From Chloroflexaceae bacterium (GTDB taxonomy: Bacteria > Chloroflexota > Chloroflexia > Chloroflexales > Chloroflexaceae), in the NCBI GenBank assembly GCA_028282325.1, contig JANQID010000050.1, positions 1,820-65,819 on the forward strand: a DNA stretch of 64,000 bases, in the 5' to 3' direction. A program made the translations under genes and the position numbers. Shown here in pieces: positions 44,558 through 53,858 of this stretch. Each line of letters opens with the position of its first letter. Position 1 is the first letter of the stretch. The notes under the pieces were generated by a model. The model saw only the letters and a list, made by a program, of their open reading frames with translations. It had not been told where the DNA came from and searched no databases.

Positions 44558-46431
44558 TCAAACAGCATCACCAGCAGCGCCAGGCCGGCCAGCCAGGGCC
44601 ACGCCGGACGGGCGTCATTTTCCGTACCGGGATCGGCTTCATCGGCAGCCGTTGGCGCGGGCGGGTTTGGTTGCGAGGCGGGAATGGGGCGCGGGCGCAA
44701 ATCCGACTCCAGGGGCGATCCGGCATTGACCGCCAGTTGGCCGGTGAACAGCGTTTTGTCGCCTTGCCGTTCGCTGAGGACATAGTTCCCCGGCTGAGTC
44801 AACGCCAGGTCAATCGTAGTTGCCCCGGCCTCGTCTGGCGGTTCTTCGGTACGTTCAGGATACGATATTGTGCGCATGTTGCCATCTGGGCCGCGTATGT
44901 CCAGCGCGTCGGCGTGCGGGCTGGGCCGCAGCGTGAGCGTTTCGCCGGCCGCCACCGACGCCGGCAGCGGCGCGGGCGTGAGATCGCGAACCGTGCGCGT
45001 CACCAGGAGCGGGAAAATCAGGCGCGTCGCCAGGGGCTCCGCATTCGCATCAAAAGTCCAGACGGCGATCTCACTCTGCCCGCTGTGTCCGCGCAGGATC
45101 AGCGGCGTCTCGCCATCCGCAAGCTGAATCGTCGCCCAGTCCGGCGCATCCAGATCGCGCGCGGTGTTGGATGGCAGGCTGTCGATGTTCAGGCCGTCGA
45201 ATAATTGCGTATCTGCGGCGGGGCGTATGTCGAACGCCGGTTTACGATCCGGCGTCGTTTCGCGCACGGGCAACAGCGGCCCGTTGTTCACCGGCGGATG
45301 AATGACCAGCACGCCGCCGGCTGGCCAGGCTGACGGCAGCGTATTATCGAAGATGGTCAGATCGATATATGCTGCCGGGGACGCTATGGCATAAGCTTCC
45401 GGCGTGATCATCTGAACGTTGAGGCCGGGCGTTGCGCGCAATGCTTTTTCCAGCGCTCCCGGCGTGTTGGATACCAGCAACGTGTTGATCGTGCGCGCCG
45501 GGGATAAGTTAAGGCTGGCGCTATTGTCGTCGGCCAATGCGTCAGCGTCCGCCAGTTCTAGCCGCAGCGTTTCGATGCCGGGAGGCAATTCCCAGGTCAG
45601 CCCGATATCGCCTTCGGGGCGGATGCTCAGGCGGCGTTCCTCAATCAGGGCGTCGTCGCCGATGAGTCGCAGCCGGGCGCCGACCGCGGTCTGGCTATAG
45701 TTCGCCACGCGGGCGTACACGCGCGATTGCCCTCCGCTCCACGGCTGTGCTGCGAATGCCACAATCGCGCGATTGTCGAGATTCGCGCCCACCTGTTCCC
45801 AATCGATAGGGCGCGCGTGGTCGGCGAGCGTGCTTTCCAGATCGGGCAAGGCCGCATCGCTGATTACCACAATGCGACCCTGGTCGTTCGCCTCCAGAGC
45901 CGCGTTTGCCAGCGTCAGCGCGCCGTCGAGATCGGTTCCCACGCCTTCGGGCGCCAGGTTATCGAGCGCAGTTTGCAAACCGGAGGCGTGCGCGATCCCG
46001 CCGGTCATCAGGAGTTGCGCCTGTGGCCCGGCGCTGATCAACGTGATGGCGTCGTCGCCCCGCAGGCCGTTGATCAGGGCGTTGGCGCGATCGCGTGCCT
46101 GCTGCAGGCGAATGCCGCTTCTATCACGCGCGGCCATGCTGAGCGATGTGTCGATAATGACTGCCAGGCGTTGTTCGCCGCCGAGCAAACCGCCGAGCCA
46201 TTGGGGTTGCGCCAAGGCCAGGGCCAGGGCCGCGGCGGCCAGCAGATGGAGCAGCAACAGCAGCGTGAGCGGCAGGCGGCGGCGTTGTGTATCGGGGCGC
46301 TGCGGCAGATGCTGCCACAATAGCACCGATGGCACCAAAACGCGCCGCCGTCGTTCGCGGATTAGGTGTAGCGCCAGGATAATCGGCAGGCTGACCAGGG
46401 CCAGCAAGCCGGGTAGAAACAGGAAGAGCAT
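44509..46431 (-). CDS. BatA-like N-terminal TM domain + VWA protein (paralog of 26323-28248)
   Basis: A start at ATG 46431 gives MLFLFLPGLLALVSLPIILALHLIRERR, which aligns with the N-terminus of the paralog. The ORF-track start is 46482. The VWA motif is VIIDTSLSM, and the C-terminal TM is WPWLAGLALLVMLFEWW. Confidence 0.8.
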   Translation of the reverse strand: MLFLFLPGLLALVSLPIILALHLIRERRRRVLVPSVLLWQHLPQRPDTQRRRLPLTLLLLLHLLAAAALALALAQPQWLGGLLGGEQRLAVIIDTSLSMAARDRSGIRLQQARDRANALINGLRGDDAITLISAGPQAQLLMTGGIAHASGLQTALDNLAPEGVGTDLDGALTLANAALEANDQGRIVVISDAALPDLESTLADHARPIDWEQVGANLDNRAIVAFAAQPWSGGQSRVYARVANYSQTAVGARLRLIGDDALIEERRLSIRPEGDIGLTWELPPGIETLRLELADADALADDNSASLNLSPARTINTLLVSNTPGALEKALRATPGLNVQMITPEAYAIASPAAYIDLTIFDNTLPSAWPAGGVLVIHPPVNNGPLLPVRETTPDRKPAFDIRPAADTQLFDGLNIDSLPSNTARDLDAPDWATIQLADGETPLILRGHSGQSEIAVWTFDANAEPLATRLIFPLLVTRTVRDLTPAPLPASVAAGETLTLRPSPHADALDIRGPDGNMRTISYPERTEEPPDEAGATTIDLALTQPGNYVLSERQGDKTLFTGQLAVNAGSPLESDLRPRPIPASQPNPPAPTAADEADPGTENDARPAWPWLAGLALLVMLFEWWHLHTRRRPIGANG

Positions 46432-46493
46432 GAAATAGCCGATAGTGTCGATAGCCGATGTTCGACAGACTGATTGTGTCACAGAGCGTTGCG

Positions 46494-46521
46494 GTGGAGG
46501 CGAAACATCTTTCGCCCCTAC
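46494..46521. repeat. third copy of the GGCGAAA-NNNN-TTTCGCC hairpin motif
   Basis: GTGGAGGCGAAA-CATC-TTTCGCCCCTAC, imperfect relative to the 40849 copy. It lies in the intergenic gap of the second Bat-type cluster. Confidence 0.55.
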
Positions 46522-46544
46522 TTCGCGTTCCTCTGCTCTGAGAT

Positions 46545-46687
46545 GCTACCAAACAATATGGGAGACCCCGCATAGTGTCATTCTGAGCGCAGCGAAGAAT
46601 CTCAGATTCCCACAACGCCGAGACCCTTCACGCTGCCTGCGGCTCCGTTCAGGGCGACATGCGGCATGGGTAGCATCGTTTGGTAGC
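46545..46687. repeat. about 143-bp MITE-like palindromic element with 10-bp terminal inverted repeats
   Basis: GCTACCAAAC (46545-46554) pairs with GTTTGGTAGC (46678-46687). The internal core is GTCATTCTGAGCGCAGCGAAGAATCTCAGATTCC. There is no ORF of its own. The right TIR abuts the stop codon of the DUF58 gene. Confidence 0.5.
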
Positions 46688-47625
46688 TAGGCCAACAAGC
46701 GCCGGACGCGCAGATAGGGCACAATCTTCTGCTCCAGCGGCCAGGTAGTCAGAACGCTCGCGTAGGTTGCGCCGCGTCGTGCGCACGTCAGCGCGATGCG
46801 CTCGCGCCAGGCCGTCATATTGCGTCGATAGCTCTCCAGCGTGTCCGCGTCAAGCGTCAGCGACAGCACGCGCCCGGTCTCGCTGTCTTGCAATTCCAGC
46901 GGGCCTTGCAATTCGGGTCGCATTTCGCGCGGATCAAGAATGTGTAGCACCAACACCTGCCAGCGCGACGGCGTCAGCGCCTGCAATGCTTCGGTCAGGT
47001 CGCCTTCCGCCAACAGATCCGAGCAGATCACCAGTATGCCGCCCATCCGGTGCTGCCGGGCGTAGGTTGGCAAGACCGCGTTCAAGTCGGTGTGCTGTTG
47101 GATGGAGATGGCTTCGATGAAACGCAGCATATCCGCCAGCCGGCCTTTGCCCTGCGCCGGCCCGAAGGGATGCAGCGGCGTTGCGCCGAAAGGAAGGAGG
47201 TGAACCCGATCGCTATGCGCCAGACCCAGGTAGCCCAGTGCGCCGACCATTTGGCGGGCGACGTGAAATTTGGCGGGCTGCCCCCAGGACATACTGCGCG
47301 AACAGTCAAGCAACAGATGGACGTGAACATCCTGCTCGGCCTCGCCCAGCTTGAGCAACAGATGTTCCTGGCGGGCGTAGGCGTTCCAGTCGACATAACG
47401 TACATCATCGCCGCCGGTGTATGGGCGATGGTCGCTGAAAATGCTGGCCGGAATCTGCTGGCGGCTGGGATGATCGCCGCTGGACGGGTTGCCGCGCAAC
47501 GTGCGCTGGGCCTGCAAGCTCAGGCGTTCCAGGCGGCGCAAGAAGCGCTCATCGAAGAGCGGGCCGTCGGCGCCGAAGAACCGGCGTCGATTCTGGTTAC
47601 GGCGCAAAATATTCCTGAACCACAT
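46687..47625 (-). CDS. DUF58 domain protein (paralog of 24891-25805)
   Basis: The ORF-track start 48087 lies deep inside the upstream gene. The in-frame ATG 47625 gives MWFRNILRR... The protein contains HRPYTGGDDVRYVDWNAYAR and LLLDCSRSM. It overlaps the upstream gene by 29 nt. Confidence 0.8.
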   Translation of the reverse strand: MWFRNILRRNQNRRRFFGADGPLFDERFLRRLERLSLQAQRTLRGNPSSGDHPSRQQIPASIFSDHRPYTGGDDVRYVDWNAYARQEHLLLKLGEAEQDVHVHLLLDCSRSMSWGQPAKFHVARQMVGALGYLGLAHSDRVHLLPFGATPLHPFGPAQGKGRLADMLRFIEAISIQQHTDLNAVLPTYARQHRMGGILVICSDLLAEGDLTEALQALTPSRWQVLVLHILDPREMRPELQGPLELQDSETGRVLSLTLDADTLESYRRNMTAWRERIALTCARRGATYASVLTTWPLEQKIVPYLRVRRLLA

Positions 47626-48892
47626 TGCGCAAATCCATGGGTATACGCAGCGGATCATCACCGGTCTGCACTCTGGTGCTGTCGGGAGCCTGTGCGCCCT
47701 GTTCGAAACCGCCCACCCCGCCGCTGCCCCCGACCGGGGTTTGATTATCCGCGTTGCCGGCAATATCACCGGCGCCTTCGTTCTCCAGTTCCAGCGGTAC
47801 GCCCTCGATGCCCAGGCGATCGGCGGGACGTTCGAGTGCGCGTTGTTCACTGGGCGGACTGTTGCCCGCTCCGCCGCCTTGCCCGTTGCTCTGATCGCTT
47901 CGATCCTGGCCTGCCGCTGCATCGAACTGTGCGCCCTGGCCCGCGCCGCCCAGTTGCTCCACCGTGCTCGCCAGATCGTCGAGCGCCAGCGCCGCGCTCT
48001 CTGCGTCTTGCTGGAGGCGGTCGGCCTCCGAACGGAGTTGATCGGCCAGTTCGGGATCGGCGTTCTGCACGTTGCGCGCCGCTTCACGCAGCGAGCTGGC
48101 TATGCTGTCACGCGCCGCCTGCGAGATGCGATCGGTTTGGTCGGCCAGCTCGCGCAGAGTCTGCGCAGCGCCGGCGGTATCGCCCTGGTCGAGCGCATCG
48201 GCTGCCGGGCGGGTCAAACTGTCGTCGCGCAGGGCGTCGGCCAGCGCGGCGAGCGCCGCCTGATTCCCGCCGGACACCTGCCCGCCGCCGGTTTGCGTCC
48301 CCGGTTCGGGCGGCGTATTCGGTTGCGGAGCAGGAGGTTCGGGCAACGTTTCTTCGATAGGAGGCGGCGAGACAATATCGGGCAGCGGCTCGGCGACTGG
48401 CGGCAAGCGCAGCGGTATCGCTCCGATCATCATCAGCAGACCGAACACAACCAATGCCAGCGACGCCAGCGTGATCACCTCGGCGATCGGGAAGCGGCGG
48501 CGCGCGGCGATCGTGCGATTGACCTGGTTCAAGGTGCGATTGGCGTGCTCCAGCAGGTTGGCCGCGACGCCCTGGGGGTTGCCGTGGGCGCCGACCTCCA
48601 GCGCGGTGGCCAGCTCTTCGTTTAGCCGGAAGCGGCGATCTAGGCGTCGGGCGACAATGGCGGGAGCGGTTCGCGGGCGTAGCAACAACAGTGCACCTAC
48701 GGCGACGCACACCAGTGATGCGATGCCCAGCAAGCGCGAGTCAAGCGGCCAGTCGAAAAGCAGGTGCAATCCCAGACCGAAGCACCAGACCGACAACCCC
48801 AGCCAGGCGGCGCGGATGAGCGTGAGCAGTCCGCGTTGAGCCCACTGGTTGCTGGCGATGCGTTCGAGCCTGATTCGAAGCGTATGGCGCAT
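47597..48892 (-). CDS. membrane-anchored coiled-coil / low-complexity protein (paralog of 22161-23816)
   Basis: It has TM helices, ARRLDRRFRLNEELATALE, an A/Q/D/L-rich region and the C-terminal motif IPMDLRNVVQEYFAP. The start ATG 48892 (MRHTLRIRLERI) is chosen by alignment with the paralog. The ORF-track start is 48997. Confidence 0.7.
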   Translation of the reverse strand: MRHTLRIRLERIASNQWAQRGLLTLIRAAWLGLSVWCFGLGLHLLFDWPLDSRLLGIASLVCVAVGALLLLRPRTAPAIVARRLDRRFRLNEELATALEVGAHGNPQGVAANLLEHANRTLNQVNRTIAARRRFPIAEVITLASLALVVFGLLMMIGAIPLRLPPVAEPLPDIVSPPPIEETLPEPPAPQPNTPPEPGTQTGGGQVSGGNQAALAALADALRDDSLTRPAADALDQGDTAGAAQTLRELADQTDRISQAARDSIASSLREAARNVQNADPELADQLRSEADRLQQDAESAALALDDLASTVEQLGGAGQGAQFDAAAGQDRSDQSNGQGGGAGNSPPSEQRALERPADRLGIEGVPLELENEGAGDIAGNADNQTPVGGSGGVGGFEQGAQAPDSTRVQTGDDPLRIPMDLRNVVQEYFAP

Positions 48893-49229
48893 GAAATAGA
48901 ATAAATCCTCGCGGCCAATTCGTTGCAGCGCATATATGAATCGGAGGCGAACAGGTTTCTGTTTCGAGTGTCGCACGTGCAGTATAGCTATCGGCATCGG
49001 TCACGTCAACCTGATTTGATGCGGCCTCATCAGATTCTCAGATTCAGCGCGCTCGCCGGGAGTGCGGGAGGTTTGCTACCGCTAAACTTCTCGCGATGAG
49101 CAAAGCGGGTGACGCACGCGGTATAATAAGGAACGAGCGCTGAAAAGCGCGCGACGCTTACACGCTCGGCTGCACAAACGAAAATGCGCCACCAACCGAA
49201 TCTGGCGTCAGATAATGAGGAGAGCCGCG

Positions 49230-49934
49230 ATGCACCAGGCGACTGATGAAGAACGAGCGCTAGCTGCGCTGGCCCACGCGGGCATCATTGCCAATGGATT
49301 CAACTTGCTGGGGATTATTGGCGCGGCGTTGATCTGGGCGTTCAACCGCAAACGTTCGGCGTATGTGGCCGATCACGCGCTCAAGGCCCTGGCGTTTCAG
49401 GGCCTGGGTCTGCTGATCACGCTGGTGATGGCTTTCGCCTGGGGCGGGTGCATGCTCATCTCGTTGCTCCCGGCTCTACTGCGCCCTGAACTCTATCGCA
49501 CCGGCCCGCCGGCCCTTTTCTGGTTCGCCTTGCTGCTGGGCCTGGTGATCCTGGCGTTTGCGTTGTCGGGGATAGTGTATGGTTTGATCGGCGCGTGGGC
49601 GGCCTGGCGCGGGCAGCCCTTCCGCTATATGGGCGTGGACGTTTTGCTGGAGCGACCCGCCGCCCCGCAAACCGCGCCGTCAACGTCAGAATCTGCGCCG
49701 CCGACCGAGGCGGAGAAGTCGCCACGCCAGGCCGCCGATAAGGACGCAGCAGACGCGCCCCCGCCGGCCACCGACGATGCGCCGCCGCAAGCAAGCGCCC
49801 CCGCGTCCCCTGCCGCGCCGCTGCCGGAGTCCGAGACGACGGATGCGCCGGAGCCGCCCGCCGCGCCGTCGAACCCCGATGCCGGCCCCGCCGAACCGGG
49901 CGCGGGCGATGGTTCAGCGAAGCAGGCGGAGTGA
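49230..49934 (+). CDS. DUF4870-like small membrane protein with P/A-rich C-terminal tail
   Basis: ATG 49230 lies 6 nt after GAGGAG (49218-49223). The protein has EERALAALAHAG...LIWAFNRKRSAYVADHALKALAFQG, 3-4 TM helices, then about 90 aa of P/A/E/T-rich sequence. Confidence 0.7.
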   Translation: MHQATDEERALAALAHAGIIANGFNLLGIIGAALIWAFNRKRSAYVADHALKALAFQGLGLLITLVMAFAWGGCMLISLLPALLRPELYRTGPPALFWFALLLGLVILAFALSGIVYGLIGAWAAWRGQPFRYMGVDVLLERPAAPQTAPSTSESAPPTEAEKSPRQAADKDAADAPPPATDDAPPQASAPASPAAPLPESETTDAPEPPAAPSNPDAGPAEPGAGDGSAKQAE

Positions 49935-50264
49935 GAGGGTGGGTGGTTCGGTGCTTCGCGTCAGCCGCACCGCTGGCAGTGTTGTGAGGCGAGACAGGTG
50001 GCAGCAAGGGAAAGCTGTGAAAGTCACTCCTTCCAGGTAAATAGAGGATCAGCTGCGCCGACTCCTGAATGTCGCGAAGCGGAGCGCAGCGGAGCATAAT
50101 ACCATGCTTCAGGTGCGCCCGCGGCGTCGCTTGCGAGCGATGTTGGGCAGCGGCGGCTTTACACATTGGGTACAAAGAAGTAATACAGGCGGGGTGTATA
50201 CAGCCTACCTGGACCACTACCCGCTCTTCTATCAAGAAATTGGATAATGTATGGAGGCATTAGG

Positions 50265-50993
50265 GTGAAAATTCTTGTAGCTGGAGCAAGCGGCGCGACC
50301 GGACAACGACTCGTGGCGCAGTTGCTCGAACGTGGGCAACAAGTGGTAGCGGTTGTCCGTTCAACCAACAGTTTGCCAGAAGCACTACGGAATGACGAAA
50401 ACATATCGGTGGTTCAGGCCAGCCTTCTCGATCTCAGCGACGCCGAGCTAATCCAGCTCGTTAACGGATGTAGCGCGGTCGCCTCGTGTCTGGGGCATAA
50501 TCTGTCCTTCAAAGGCATATACGGCCATCCTCGCCGACTGGTAACCGATGCCGCCCGGCGATTATGTATGGCTATCAAGGCTAACCAGCCGCAAACGCCA
50601 GTTAAATATGTACTGATGAACACGGTTGGCAATAGTAATCGTGACCTCGACGAGCCATTGTCATTGGGTGAAAGAATCGTCATCGGCATTCTTCGCCTGG
50701 CGCTGCCCCCGCAGGCGGACAATGAACAAGCTGCCGATTACTTGCGTACCGTAATCGGGCAGAACGACACAATAGTCGAATGGTGTGCAGTCCGTCCGGA
50801 CAACCTGGTTAATGAAGACTTAGTCACTGATTACACGGTGCATCCTTCGCCCACTAGAAGCGGTATCTTCAATCCTGGCAAGACCAGTCGCATCAATGTT
50901 GGTCACTTTATGGCTGAACTGATTACGGATGACGTCATCTGGGAGCGATGGAAAGGGAAAATGCCGGTGATCTACAACAAGACATCAGCGTAG
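50265..50993 (+). CDS. NAD(P)-binding atypical SDR / NmrA-like protein
   Basis: GTG 50265 lies 7 nt after GGAGG (50253-50257), giving VKILVAGASGATGQRLV (Rossmann motif). The ORF-track start is 50247. Confidence 0.75.
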   Translation: MKILVAGASGATGQRLVAQLLERGQQVVAVVRSTNSLPEALRNDENISVVQASLLDLSDAELIQLVNGCSAVASCLGHNLSFKGIYGHPRRLVTDAARRLCMAIKANQPQTPVKYVLMNTVGNSNRDLDEPLSLGERIVIGILRLALPPQADNEQAADYLRTVIGQNDTIVEWCAVRPDNLVNEDLVTDYTVHPSPTRSGIFNPGKTSRINVGHFMAELITDDVIWERWKGKMPVIYNKTSA

Positions 50994-51039
50994 TATGGTA
51001 GAGGAGCGAACAATAATAATGAAGACGTACAGAATGAAT

Positions 51040-51315
51040 GCAGCGATGGCAGGCGGCCTCCAAGTCCCCCTGGATTTCCTTCAAACTGGCCCGGATAATG
51101 CGTGAGCGATACCGCTAATCCTGCAACGCCGCCTGCTCGCCCAGTTCCTCGCTTTTGGCCAGGTTCAGTACGGCGGCATCCAGATCGCCCTATTCACAAT
51201 ACAACTCGCCCAAACCTAAATGCAGTTCTGCTGTTCCCCGTAACACACGCTCGTCCTGTGCCTGCACAAGCTGCAACGATCGCTCGTACAATTGGACCGG
51301 CGCCAGAACGGAATT
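51040..51315 (-). pseudogene. relic of a TPR-containing MalT/LuxR-type regulator
   Basis: My minus-strand translation reads LAPVQLYERSLQLVQAQDERVLRGTAELHLGLGELYCE*GDLDAAVLNLAKSEELGEQAALQD*RYRSRIIRASLKEIQGDLEAA. The in-frame stops are at 51190-51192 and 51115-51117. The pattern resembles the TPR region of large LuxR/MalT regulators, judged from memory only. Confidence 0.4.
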
Positions 51316-51343
51316 TTATGGGATCGCTTTTCTTGATTTTACA

Positions 51344-52117
51344 CTAGCGGAGCAAGTCAACCTTCGCAGGGAGCGGGAGTTCCCAGACGGCCACCAGGCG
51401 ATTGCTGTCGCTGGTAAACGGCTCTTTTTTCCACCCCGACCACCGCTCACGCCGTCGCATCCCTGCCAGCCGCGCCATCAAATCCAGCTCCGCAGGCCAG
51501 ACGTAACGGAATGGCATTGACCAGCGCTCCCACCTGCCGTCGATCATCTCGAAGTGGTGGGAGACCAGTTCCTGCTTTGCGATGTGGTATTCGTCAAACC
51601 CCAGTTGGGTCTCGCTGATCCTGAAAGGGCGGATCCTCTCGCCTGGTGGAAGACGTTGCAGGTCTGGCAGCATGACCTCAATAACGAAGCAGCCGCCGGG
51701 CTCAAGGTGCGCTGCGGCGTTGCGGAAGCCGGCAATCTGTGCTTCTTGCGTTGTCAGGTTCATAATGGTGTTGAAGATCAGGTACACGACCGAGAACATC
51801 CCATCGACCGCCGCCGTCGCGAAGTCGCCGACCGTGACGCCAATGTCGCCTCCGCCGGGTTTTGCCCGCAATCGCGCCACCATTGCCTCCGAACTATCGA
51901 TCCCGTGGACTGGCACACCGCGCTGCACAAGCGGGATGGCGATCCGTCCCGTGCCGACGCCAAACTCGAGCGCACAGCCCTTCCCGGCGAGCGCCGCCAG
52001 GAAGTCCACCGTCGGGATGACCACCGCGGGGTCGAGCATCTCCGCCGAGGACTCGTCGTATCGCGCGGCTACACGCTCATCGAAATATCCGTCCTTGTGC
52101 ATATCTTGTCCGATCAC
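51344..52117 (-). CDS. class I SAM-dependent methyltransferase
   Basis: 257 aa with ALEFGVGTGRIAIPL (motif I), HGIDSSEAM and VYLIFNT. Confidence 0.8.
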   Translation of the reverse strand: MIGQDMHKDGYFDERVAARYDESSAEMLDPAVVIPTVDFLAALAGKGCALEFGVGTGRIAIPLVQRGVPVHGIDSSEAMVARLRAKPGGGDIGVTVGDFATAAVDGMFSVVYLIFNTIMNLTTQEAQIAGFRNAAAHLEPGGCFVIEVMLPDLQRLPPGERIRPFRISETQLGFDEYHIAKQELVSHHFEMIDGRWERWSMPFRYVWPAELDLMARLAGMRRRERWSGWKKEPFTSDSNRLVAVWELPLPAKVDLLR

Positions 52118-52129
52118 TCGCCTTCACCC

Positions 52130-52972
52130 TCACCTTTCGATTTCCTTCGCCCTGAGCACGCTGAACACCACGACGCGATAGCGCCACTGCGCTCGCAGGT
52201 GCAGCCCGCTCGTGCGCAGGAGGTCATTCAATGCGACGAGCGACCAGAATCTGACGTCGCCGATGGCGAAAAAGCGCTGGATCAACCGTCCGACCCTGCT
52301 CTCGGTACGCACCAGGTTCATCATCACGAAGCGACCGTCATCGCGCAACACCCGCCGGATTTCGCGCAGCGCCACGTCGGCGGCGCCGATTTCGTTGAGC
52401 GACGCCCCCATCACTGCTCCGGCGACGCTTTGCGCGCGCAACGGCAACGCCTGCGCCCGCGCCCGGACGCAACTGATGCGCAGGCGTTCGTCGTGGGCCA
52501 TCCTGCGTGCCTGTTGCAGCATAACGCGGGCGTGATCCACCGCCATAACGTGGCCTGCCGCCGCTCCCTGCGCCCGGTCGAGCGCGCGGGCGTACAAGCC
52601 GCTGGAGCTGGCGACATCCACATACAAACCGCCGCGTTCGGGCGCGGTCAATCCGGTGACGAGCGGCAACTCGCGGTCAAAGCCAAACGGCTCGCCGGTC
52701 AGGATCGACAACGCCCGTGACCGCCAGATGCGCTCGTAGCCCCAGGCCGTCACGGGCATTGTGTTGATCCACTGAGTGAGATTTCGGGGCAGCGGCTGCG
52801 ATCCGATGAAGTCGACGATGCCTTCCTCGATAGGGTATGCCGTGTGGCAGATCGGGCAGCGTAACCGCCCGTGCTCAATCTCGCCATCGTCGCCCCGCGT
52901 TTCCGATTCCAGGCCGAGGGTCGCTTGCGGGTGATCGGGACAAACCAGGGCCAGCAGCGCTTCAGGGTACAT
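52130..52972 (-). CDS. SAM-dependent methyltransferase with N-terminal Trm112-like zinc ribbon
   Basis: 280 aa with LVCPDH...LRCPICHTAYPIEEGIVDF, then YVDVASSSGLYARAL (motif I-like). Confidence 0.75.
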   Translation of the reverse strand: MYPEALLALVCPDHPQATLGLESETRGDDGEIEHGRLRCPICHTAYPIEEGIVDFIGSQPLPRNLTQWINTMPVTAWGYERIWRSRALSILTGEPFGFDRELPLVTGLTAPERGGLYVDVASSSGLYARALDRAQGAAAGHVMAVDHARVMLQQARRMAHDERLRISCVRARAQALPLRAQSVAGAVMGASLNEIGAADVALREIRRVLRDDGRFVMMNLVRTESRVGRLIQRFFAIGDVRFWSLVALNDLLRTSGLHLRAQWRYRVVVFSVLRAKEIER

Positions 52973-53049
52973 AGGTGTTGTTATCGTAGCCCCGACTTCC
53001 AGCCGGGGACGTGTCTAGCTATCAATACGCGTCACTCGCATAACGTGCG

Positions 53050-53763
53050 CTATTCGGCGAGCGCTGCCTGCTGGGCCGCCAGGAGTTCGGCGATGCCGCG
53101 GTCGGCCAGATCTAACAACGTATTGAACTGATTCCGGCTGATCGGGGTCTGTTCCGCCGTTCCCTGTACCTCGACGAGTGCGCCATCGGCGGTTTGCACG
53201 ACGTTGCAGTCAACATCGGCGACGCGATCTTCGTCGTAGTTCAAATCGAGCAGCGCAATGCCATCCACAACGCCCACGCTTACTGCCGCCACTGCCCGGC
53301 GCAGCGGAGACGACGCGATCTGGCCGATGTGCTGGAGGTGCGTGATAGCCTGTGTCAGCGCCACATACCCGCCGGTGATCGCGGCGGTGCGCGTGCCGCC
53401 GTCAGCCTGCAAGACATCGCAGTCGATCGTGATCGTGTATTCGCCCAGGGCTTCGAGATCGACCGCGATGCGCAGCGCCCGACCAATCAGGCGCTGAATC
53501 TCCTGGGTGCGTCCGCCCGGCCCGTTGCGCTCGCGACGGGTGCGGGTCAGGGTTGATCGCGGCAGCAAGGCGTATTCGCCCGTCACCCAGCCGCGGTGTT
53601 GCCCGCGCATCCAGTTGGGCGCGCCTTCCTCCACACTTGCCGTGCACAAGACGCGGGTGGCGCCCATTTCGATCAACGCTGATCCTTCGGCATAGGGTGC
53701 GGCGCCGGGCGTAATGCGCACCGGGCGCAGTTGATCGGGCGAACGTCCGTCGTTGCGGGTCAT
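53050..53763 (-). CDS. rph: ribonuclease PH
   Basis: The in-frame ATG 53763 follows AGGAG. The protein reads [17 protein letters not shown]...[17 protein letters not shown]...[16 protein letters not shown]...[14 protein letters not shown]. Confidence 0.9.
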   Translation of the reverse strand: MTRNDGRSPDQLRPVRITPGAAPYAEGSALIEMGATRVLCTASVEEGAPNWMRGQHRGWVTGEYALLPRSTLTRTRRERNGPGGRTQEIQRLIGRALRIAVDLEALGEYTITIDCDVLQADGGTRTAAITGGYVALTQAITHLQHIGQIASSPLRRAVAAVSVGVVDGIALLDLNYDEDRVADVDCNVVQTADGALVEVQGTAEQTPISRNQFNTLLDLADRGIAELLAAQQAALAE

Positions 53764-53858
53764 AGCTGGTCTCCTGACGGCATACAAAAGCAAAAGTGGA
53801 ATGAACCGATCATACCATAGTATGGAAGACGAATTGTACAACTTCTAGCTGAATTTAT

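Noticed and set aside
47050-48625. Plus-strand ORFs 47050-48360 (436 aa) and 47489-48625 (378 aa), and the 47626-48087 extension of the DUF58 ORF
   Set aside because: All are antisense or out of frame relative to the DUF58 and coiled-coil paralogs. Their compositions are extremely R/A/P-rich and I recognise no domains.
51554-52720. 388-aa plus-strand ORF spanning both methyltransferase genes
   Set aside because: It is antisense to two genes with clear SAM-binding motif I sequences. Its translation is R/H/D-rich and featureless.
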